A stretch of DNA of 64,000 nt, taken from the NCBI RefSeq assembly GCF_009914755.1, contig NC_060934.1; one strand, 5' to 3'. The stretch comes from the human T2T-CHM13v2.0 reference genome, Homo sapiens. Positions 54,965 through 64,000 of the stretch are shown here, piece by piece; position 1 is the first letter of the stretch, and each line of letters starts with the position of its first letter. Both the position numbers and the translations under genes were made by a program. The notes under the pieces were generated by a model that saw only the letters and a list, made by a program, of their open reading frames with translations, had not been told where the DNA came from and did no database searches.

Positions 54965-56237
54965 AAAAAACCCATCCCATTTACAATAGCATAAAAATTA
55001 CTTAGGAATAAGTTTAATGAAGGAGGTAAAAGACCAACACACTGAAAACTGTAAAACATTGATGAAAGAAATTGAAGACACAAAAATAAAAAGGTATTCT
55101 ATGTTCATGAATTAAAAGAATTAATGTTGTTCAACTGGCCATATTACTCAAAGTGATCTACAGATTCAATGAAATTCTTATTAAAATTTCAATGGCATTT
55201 TTTACAGAAATAGAAAAAAAATTCCTAAAATTTGTATGGAACTACAAAAGACCCCAAATAGCCAAAGCAATCTTGAGCAAAAAGAACAAAGCTAGAGGCA
55301 TCAACTATCTGATGTCAAAATATACCACAAAGCTACAGTAAGCAAAAACAGCATAGCACTGGTATAAAAAAAAGACAAATAGAAAAATGGAGATGGACAG
55401 GAAGCCTAGAAATAAATCCATGCATTTGCAGCCGACTGATCTTCAACAAAATTGCTCTGAACACACAATTGGGAAAGGACAATCCTTTAAATAAATGGTG
55501 TTGTGACAACTGGATATCCACATGCAGAAGAATGAAATTGGACCCTTATCTCACAACATATACAAAAATTAGCTCAACATCAATTAAAGACTTAAATTTA
55601 AGGCCTGAAACTCTAAAACTGCTACAAGAAAAACGTAGGATAAAAGCTCCATGACATTGGTCTGGGCAATAATTTTTTGAGTGTGACCCCAAATGCACAG
55701 GCAACAAAAGCAAAGATAGACAAATTGGAATATGTCAAACTAAAAAGCTTCTGCACAGTAAAGGAGACAATAAAGGGAGTGAAGAGACAACCTCCAAACT
55801 GGGAGGAAATATTTGCAAATCATATTTCTTATAAGGGGTTAACATCAAAAATATATAAGGAACTCAAGCAACTCAATAGCAAGAAAACAAATAATCCAAT
55901 TTTAAAAATGGGCAAAGGATCTGAAGAGACAGTGCTCAAAAGAAGACATACAGATGGCCAACAGGTTTAAGAAAAAGTGCTCAACCTCACTAATTATCAG
56001 GGAAATGCAAATTAAAACCACAATGAGATATCACCTCACATAAGTTAGAATGACTATTATCAAAAAGACAAAAGATAACAAATATTGGTGAGGATGTGGA
56101 GAAAAAGAAATCCTTATGCACTGTTGGTGAGAATTTAAATTAGTATGGCAATTATAGAAAACAGTGTGGAGGTTCTTCAAAATTTAAAAATAGAACTACC
56201 ATATAATCTAGCAGTTTTACTACTGGGTGTATATCCT
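54965..56237 (+). mobile_element. Second L1M ORF2 fragment, truncated at both ends
   Basis: IYRFN...[32 protein letters not shown]; ends at tactgggtgtatatcc. Confidence 0.88.
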
Positions 56238-56887
56238 CTACAACAGGACTGCTTAGTCTCAATTTTTATGTGTATTTTTTTATATGTCCAAGCTGTAATA
56301 TCTCACATTTGCCATTGAGCCCTCCCTCTCCACACCTTGCACCTTTGTGTAGCTTGCAGATTTTAGCACAGGTCATGGGGCCTGTCCACCCACTGGCCGA
56401 GAGGTGCCAGTAGTAGCATTAGATGCTTCTCCCCCTACAACTGTGGCTGCAACAAGGTATTAGTCTCTGGGTGCTAGTGGCAGAGCACACTTTGTGTTAT
56501 CAGTAGGCACTCTGCCACTGTTCCACAAAGGGACTGTCTGCAAAGGGTCAGAAAATTAAATGAGTTATCACTGTCATCTGTCAGATCTAACCAAGTATTA
56601 AAGTGACTATGAGTTTTAAAAATCTATCTCTTTAATTATTGAGATTTCCTCATGCATGAGAGTGAGAATTCTGCTCCACTGCACATGTGTCTCACACAGT
56701 ATACCAGACCATGGCAGAAGCTGGAAGTACAAAGTGGAAATCTATCAAATGTATTTCTCCTTTTCCAAAAATACAACTATTAAGAATGATACTTTTGTTA
56801 TTACAAGATGAAAACTGGTACAAATTTCAAACCAGACAGGAAATAGGCATAAACTAGAAAATGTCCCAGGGAAATGGGCATACGGTC

Positions 56888-57263
56888 TGTATCAGTCCAT
56901 TCTCATGCAGCTATGAAGAAATACCCGAGATTGGGTAATTTATAAAAGAAGGAGGTTTTAATTGACTCACAGTTCCTCAGGACTGGGGAGGCCTCAGGAA
57001 ACTTATAATCATGGTGGAAGGGGAAGCAAACATACCCTTCTTTACATGGTGACAGCAAGGAGAAGTGCTGAGTGAAGGTGGGGAAAAGCACTTTATAAAA
57101 CCATCAGATCTCATGAGAACTCACTCATATAATGAGAATAGCGTGGAGGTAACCACTCCCATGATTCAATTACCTCCCACCAGGTCCCACCCATGACATG
57201 TGGGGATTATAGGAACTATAATTCGGGATGAGATTTGGGTAGAGACACAGCCAAACCATATCA
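56888..57263 (-). mobile_element. THE1 (C-like) 3' LTR
   Basis: tgtatcagtccattctcatgcagctatgaagaaatacccgag...cacagccaaaccatatca. Confidence 0.93.
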
Positions 57264-58866
57264 TTCTGCCCCGGCCCTTCCCAAATCTCATGTCCTCACA
57301 TTTCAAAACACAATCATGCCTTTCCAACAGTCCCCCAAAGTCTCAACTCATTTCAGCATTAACCCAAAAGTCCAAGTCCAAGGTCTCATCTGAGAGAAGG
57401 CATGTCCCTTCCACCTATGAGACTGCAAAATCAAAACCAAGTTAGTTACTTCCTAGATACAAAGTGGGTACAGGCACTGGACAAATAAACCCATTCCAAA
57501 TGGGAGAAATTGGCCAAAACAATGGGGCCACAGGCCCCATGCAAGTCTGAAATCCAATAGGGCAGTCATTAAACCTTAAAATGATCTCCTTTGATGCCAT
57601 GTCTCACATCCAGGTCATGCTGATACAAGAGGTGGGCTCCCATGGCCTTGAGCAGCTCTACCCCTGTGGCGTTGCAGGGTACAGCCCCCCTTCCTGCTGC
57701 TTTCATGGGCTGGCATTGAGTGCCTATGACTTTTCCAGGTGCATGGTGCAAGCTGTGGGTAGATTACCATTCTGAGGTCTGGAGGATGGTGGCCCTCTTC
57801 TCACAGCTCCACTAGGCAGTGCCTTAGTGGGGACTCTGTTTGGAGGCTCTTATCCCATGTTTCCCTTCCACACTGCCCTAGCAGAGGTTCTCCATGAGGG
57901 CTCTGCCCCTGCAAGATACTTCTGCCTGGATGTCCAGGTGTTTCCATACATCCTCTGAAATCTAGGCAGAGGTTCCTGAATCTCAATTCTTGTCTACTGT
58001 GCACCCACAGGACCAACACCACATGGAAGCTGCCGAGGCTTGGGGCTTGCACCCTCTGAAGCAGGGGCCTGAGCCGTACCTTGCCCCCTTTTAGCCTTGG
58101 CTGGAGCTGAAGCAGCTGGGACACAGGGCTTTGTATCCCAAGGCTGCACAGAACAGGGGGGCCCTGGGCACGATCCACAAAAGCATTTTTCCTTTTGAGA
58201 CCTCCAGGCCTGTGATGGGAGGGACTGCCGTGAAGGTCTCTGACATGGCCTGGAGACATTTTTTCCATTGTCTTGGTGATTAACATTCAGCCCCTTGTTA
58301 CTCATGCCAATTTCTGCAGTGGGCTTGAATTTCTCCCCAGAAAATAGTTTTTATTTTCTGTTGCATTGTGAGGCTGCAAATTTTCCAAACTTTTATGCTC
58401 TGTTTCCTCTTGAACACTTTGCCACTTAGAAATTTCTTACACCAGATACCCTAAATCATCTCTCTCAAGGTCAAAGTTTCACAGATCTCCAGGGCAGGGG
58501 CAAAATGCCTCCAGTCTCTGCTAAACCATAGCAAGAGTGACATTTATTTACTCCAGTTTCTGACAAGTTCCTTATCTCCATCTGAGACCACCTCAGCCTG
58601 GACTTCATTGTCCATATCACTATCAGCATTTTGGTCAAAGCCATTCAGCAAGTCTCTAGGAAGTTCCAGACTTTCCCACATCTTCCTGTCTTCTGAGCCC
58701 TCCAAGTCTCTACGAAGTTCCAAACTTGCCCACATTTTCCTATCTTCCTCTGAGCCCTCCAAACTGTTCCAACCTCTGCCTGTTACCCAGTTCCAAAGTT
58801 GTTTCCACATCTTTGGGTATCTTTATAGTAGCACCCCACTCTCTGGGGTACCAATTTACCATCACA
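57264..58866 (-). mobile_element. THE1 internal region, 5' LTR nearly absent
   Basis: About 1.6 kb of THE1-int ending ggtaccaatttac at 58859; TSD cggtc 56883-56887 / tggtc 58867-58871. Confidence 0.9.
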
Positions 58867-59060
58867 TGGTCACACTAGATATAGCAGACATGATGTTAAT
58901 GGCTCCTAACATGGCTGTGCAAGCTCCTGTCTTAATTTGGGCCTGGGTCTTGGTAGTAGAGTTGTACTCAGGTCACCACTACCCTAATAGGATAAATGAA
59001 AACCTACACAGAAGCCCCATTCTGTGACTTTATGTGAGACTATTTATAGTCGCTCCCAAT

Positions 59061-59285
59061 CAGTAGTGTGCTGGTAAATGTTTACCAGCTGATGTGGTTG
59101 GTGGTGGTGGTGGTGATGCATGGGACAAGGGGGAAGAAGGGTAGCCCTGTGTAGTGTCTGCTGATTTCTGTGGGGTAAATACTCTTGCTGTGATTGATAT
59201 CAAGCTACCAACTTGACAGTCATCAAACTTGGAGTTGGGAATTTATGTGCACAATTGGCCAGTGGACCGCTGACAAGCCTCTCCC
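59061..59285. mobile_element. MER63-type hAT fragment
   Basis: cagtagtgtgctggtaaatgttta...gtaaatactc...caagctaccaac. Confidence 0.65.
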
Positions 59286-62200
59286 CAAATATCTGTCTAA
59301 TGAAGCTGAATATGCTTCTTGCTGGCCAGTCTCTCTGCCCCAAAACAGTTAACACTAGAAATAAGAATTTTTTTCTCACTGTGATTTATTTCCTCTAAGA
59401 CTCAGTCAGTCATGGTGCAGTGTGGGTTTAGCTGTCTTTAGCTCAACTACTTTATCTTAGGAAGAAATTAAATAAAGTATTCTCTTCTACTTTTTGACCA
59501 TTACACACCATTTATGTTCACAATATATACAGAGGCAAAATATACCACCTAAAGCATAACTCTAGTATCTGTGATCTTCTGCCCCAGATCAACACCAAGG
59601 GAGGAAAAACCACCTGCAGATGAAGATTCCTTTTTCACATCCAGTCTTCCAAAATTATATGACAAAAACCTTTATGGAATATTCTATACAAGTTTAAAGG
59701 CAAAGTATTTAAACCAGAGAACACTTAATTAAGTTGTTATGTTCTAGATACCACAGGGAAAATTTTATTGACTTGAAGAATCTCAAGTAATAAACCCTTG
59801 ATATATGTGGGTTTGCTTTTGCATGTGAAAATAGAAAACTTATATTTTATGCATCAGTTACAGATATTGTTCTGCAACATTTCCTCTTAAAACAGGATGT
59901 GCCGTATGCTAATTTGCCGTGAATATTTCAGTATCATTTGGCAAAAGGAGCAGAGATATGACCCATGTCAGAAATACACCTCAACTTTGGGGTTGCCACA
60001 TTCTTCATTGGTTTCTTTAATTACAGATTTATGAAGTGAGACCATTCTCAGCAGAACAGCAATTGAATACACCAATCAGAAAGGAGATGCTCATAGCAAC
60101 CATGGAACACTGAAAATAAATAAATAGATAAAAAGCTACCAGCACCAAAACAAAGAAGGCTTCATGGTTTTATCCTATGGAGCTGTGACAAGTTGCTATT
60201 CTATCTGAAAAACTGATGGAAACTGAAATCAGCAAAAGTGAGCTGGTTATAAAACACCAGCAGACATTTATTGATGGGTGTTACTGGGACACACTCAGTC
60301 ATGAAGAGAATAGAAATGCATCAAAGTCCTACTCCAGGAATTTTTCCTGACCTTTGCTATTTAGGAATTGCCCAACCTCTGTTGTAGGTGTTCATTTATC
60401 TTTCCCATTCTCAAGTTAGTTTTATAGCACTCTTTTTTGGGGTATATAATGTAGTACCCTTTATGTGTATAAGGGAGACTTCTGACAGCTTCATATATAC
60501 AAGAGATCCTTCCATGGAGAAATGATTTATTGTAATGGTCTTTATGTTGTTAGAGCTAGAACTGAGACTATGTTTTTGATCTACTTTGTAGCTTTATTCT
60601 GTGAAGAGAATTCTTTCTTCAAATGTCAGAAATCTTTGCTGTCAGCAAGACCTACCCCTCCCCAGATTTAATTTTTCTTCAGTGTATTCTATGAGAAGGA
60701 GAGAAATAGGCTCATTTTTAATGTCCCTTCCACTCCCCCACCCCCCCCCATTGAATAGTTGCCATTTTTCACTCTTGGATGGGCAGGAAGGGGTCAAGTA
60801 TTTGTAATTCCTTTTTCCTGGGAGCATCACCACTTTCAGGGTAATAGTAGTGATTTTAATGGGATAGGGGAGTGCACTCTTCTTAATCTATAGAGCCTCA
60901 TGGCCATTTTAGAGGCAATGTAACAGGTGATTACTAACTCAGAGGTACCATTTTCCTGTACCTGGAAGGTCACTTTTGCAATACAACAGCATCAAAGTGC
61001 TTAAAGGGAAGTTAAGGGAAGTGTTGAATATGTAACAGATGGGATTCAGAAACTCAAGTAAGCTTCATCTGAAGCACAAAGATTTATAAACTCTGTTTAG
61101 TTTTCCAGCTCTTCCAGATGATACTGCAGAGGAACAGAGTGGGGGCTACAGTGAGAGAGGGACCAAGATTTCAGGGAATATATGTGGAAGTAGAGGCTGA
61201 CTTCTGAATGTGTTTAGTTTCTTGCAGCTGGTTTTGCTAAATCAGCTTCCTTAAGTTGACTGATAGAGCTCATTGCATGAAGCTTCAAAGACGTCTTTTT
61301 TTTTTTCTGCAGCAGAATATCCTAAAGGAAGTTCAACTCAATTGCCTTCCTTTGAAAAGACACTGAACCAAATGATTGTTCAATGGTCCTGGAAAGAAAT
61401 ATTTTTTTTCATTTGAAGTTTCTACTTTAGCCTTAAAACCTAGGTTGACAGTATAAGGAATTGCCTACCCTCCTTACTTTCTCCCTGGCTGAGTTATACG
61501 GAGTCATTAGGTGCTCATTAGACTAACACAAAGGCAGATAGCACCAGCTATGGAATCCGTGACTCATTTAAAAATTTCATCAGTTCTCTTTAGCTTTCTG
61601 TGTAAGTTGCAATCTTTCTTGTGGCAGGTGGCCTGAAACTCTAAAATATTAGGCATTAAAACTCAGGACTTAAAATCATTAAAGCTTTTTTTTATTTTAA
61701 AAAAACAGATATTCTCTGATATGAGCAGGTAACCAACTTCTCATCTTTGGCATTCACCATCACCCTCCTTAGGATATGATTGATACCAGTGATTTTACTA
61801 AGACTTTTGAACCATATTGCCAGGTAGGTATTACTCTCTTCTTGCAAGTGTGGAAGCTGAGGGTTGAAGAGTCAGTAAGCAATGGAGCCGAGATTCAGAA
61901 GCCTATACTTGACACCAGACTACCTCCCAATGATGAACATGAGAAGTTAAAGCTATGGACCCTGTGAATGTGAGAAGATGACAGGATTGCTGGCCCATAT
62001 ACCCACAGGGGAACCTGGTCAGAGGATCCCATGTCTAGTGGAGGAATAAAATGGCCATTTATTTCCACCTTGGCTATTTAACTTACTCTGTAGTTCTGGG
62101 GCCACAACTATCCCTAGGGGCAGGTGAGAACTAATAAAATGTGAGCTTGCAGCTGTACCCCATATACTTTTGTCCTAAAGGTCACTTTTCTCTTATGCTA

Positions 62201-63033
62201 TTGTATATGGGTTCTACATCTCTTCCTCCCAAAGCTATGGCAAAAGGAAGGCCTCTGTGGTTGCATGTACTCTCTTCAGAAAAGAGCATATACCTCAATT
62301 CACAAATCCTGGATGTTATTTTATGATTTCTAATTTAAGCAAATACCTTTTACTGGAAAAGACTATTGGAAGTAAGAAAAATAAAAACCTTCTAAGAAAA
62401 ATTTCAAATAATATAGGACAAAATAGAAAACAAAGGAAATAAGATATTCAATATGTTAAAAATAAAGACCTTTGGTTATATCATCATGTGATGAAAACTT
62501 TAATTGACTTGCCTTGGGGGTTAGGGGCCTATTTCACACATCATTCCACCACTTAAAGGGTACAGAATATTCTAGACTTTTCCCCCCATAAACTCCTTTT
62601 AGTCCATCCTATTCCCTTTTGGTTTTTCTGATTTGGGGATTTACAGCTAATGAATATCAATTGCCATTTGTAGATGTGGCAGATGTGATTATAATATACT
62701 CCGTGAATTAGTTCCAATTGTTTTGTTTAAAAAGCCAATTATGATTCTGGAAACTGATTGGAGAGGAGAAAAGTAAAAGATTCACAATAAATTATGGCAT
62801 ACCCCCATTTGGGAAAAGGTGTCTGGTGGTAAGCCACAGGGGAGAGGTTTAGTTAACATTTTCATTAATAATCAGGGAGAAGTAGTAAATAGCACGTAAA
62901 TAAAGCAGGCAGATCCATCCAAGTGGGCTGGTGCTAATGAAAGAGGAAGCAATGGAAATGGACGTTTTGCAGCTTTTACATTAAGGCAGATAGGAAGCAT
63001 GTGGGAATATGCTAACTCTATCCTGATATAATA

Positions 63034-63415
63034 TTTGATTGGTGCAAAATTTTTTTTTTTTGAGACAGAGTCCGACTCCATCACCCAAGCTAGAGTGCAG
63101 TGGTGCAATCTTGGCTCACTGCAATCTCCGCCTCCAGGGTTCAAATTCTTTTCTTGCCTCAGCCTCCCGAGTAGCTGAGATTACAGGCATACATCACCAT
63201 GCCCGGTTAATTTTTTTTGTATTTTTAGTAGAGGCGGGGTTTTGCCATGTTGGCCAGGCTGGTCTCAAACTCCTGACCTCAGGTGATCCGCCCTTCTCGG
63301 CCGCCCAAAATGCTGGGATTACAGGTACGAGCCAACGCGCCCGGCTGATTGGTGCAAAATTAATTGCAGTTTTGCCATTACTTTAAATGCCATTAAAAGT
63401 AGTAACCTAACCTAA
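63034..63415. mobile_element. MADE1 (Hsmar1 MITE) interrupted by Alu
   Basis: ttggtgcaaaattaattgcagttttgccattacttt...aacctaa|ta. Confidence 0.8.
63052..63346 (-). mobile_element. AluS (Sx-like)
   Basis: Full dimer; 15-bp TSD gattggtgcaaaatt at 63037-63051 and 63347-63361. Confidence 0.95.
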
Positions 63416-63559
63416 TACTAATTTTCTCTTTCCCAGAACAGCTATCTAATGTTGTCACTTACATCACCATTTCCTCAGTCACCCAGCTCAAATCCTGGAA
63501 GTTATCTTTAATTATTTTCATTTATTTATATTCTAAAACTAAATAACACTTATTTCACA

Positions 63560-63720
63560 TTTACTATATGAAAGACACTATGCTAAACAGTTTGCATGTA
63601 TTATCTCATTTAATCCTCAGAAAAATTCTTTGACGTAAGTTTTGGTTATTTACATTTTGCAGATGAGAAAACAAGAGGTTTTGAGGCATTTGATAACTTG
63701 GCCAAGACCTGATAGTTAAT
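63560..63720 (-). mobile_element. MIR
   Basis: ttatctcatttaatcctca...cattttgcagatgagaaaac...taacttggccaag. Confidence 0.65.
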
Positions 63721-64000
63721 ATAAACTAGTTCTCTGTATACTTAGTGTGTGTCACCACACGTAGCAGATTCTTCCTTGGTATGTGCTCTTTCAATCTTTT
63801 ATTATTCTCCATTGGCTCATCACCCGTTGCAGTCATTTCGTAACTTCTATTCCTATCATGAGTCTATCTCAGCAGTGTGCATTGGCCATATGGCAAAAAC
63901 TACTTCAACTGTGTAAGTCCTGTAACTCCCATGATCAAAAAGATGTACTTACTCCCCAGTGTTTACATACCACAACTAATTATAGTCCTGTAACTTTTAA

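Larger units (their letters stand above)
51539..58877. mobile_element. hAT-Blackjack relic hosting L1MA and THE1 insertions
   Basis: Left end tagagtgaccatataatttatcatccaaac; right end reconstructs to gcatacggtcacacta once THE1 is removed; no clear 8-bp TSD. Confidence 0.6.

Noticed and set aside
57801-58810. ORFs and a 54-57 bp tandem duplication in THE1-int
   Set aside because: Typical degenerate MaLR internal sequence

Overview
Primate (human/hominoid-like) genomic DNA, repeat-rich, with no recognisable host protein-coding exon, RNA gene, or CRISPR/prokaryotic system. Almost every ORF in the track is either a LINE-1/ERV fragment or a chance ORF. Main elements: an old full-span L1PA (3606-8902) with an internal inversion-deletion; a truncated L1PA carrying a MER11 solo LTR; a full-length L1PA3-like element on the minus strand (21073-27290) with a stop-free but start-less ORF1, intact ORF0 and a retained, partly duplicated ZNF93-target segment; a CpG-island-like old L1M 5'UTR with tandem CTCF-like motifs (about 47.0-48.3 kb); a 5'-inverted HERV-W processed pseudogene; a hAT-Blackjack relic hosting L1MA and THE1 insertions; plus Alus, MaLRs, DNA transposon relics, L2, L3 and MIR. 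I found no convincing new biological system. The best candidate for hidden function is the CpG-rich L1M 5'UTR, a possible exapted promoter or insulator. Subfamily names come from recalled consensus features and need RepeatMasker/Dfam confirmation.
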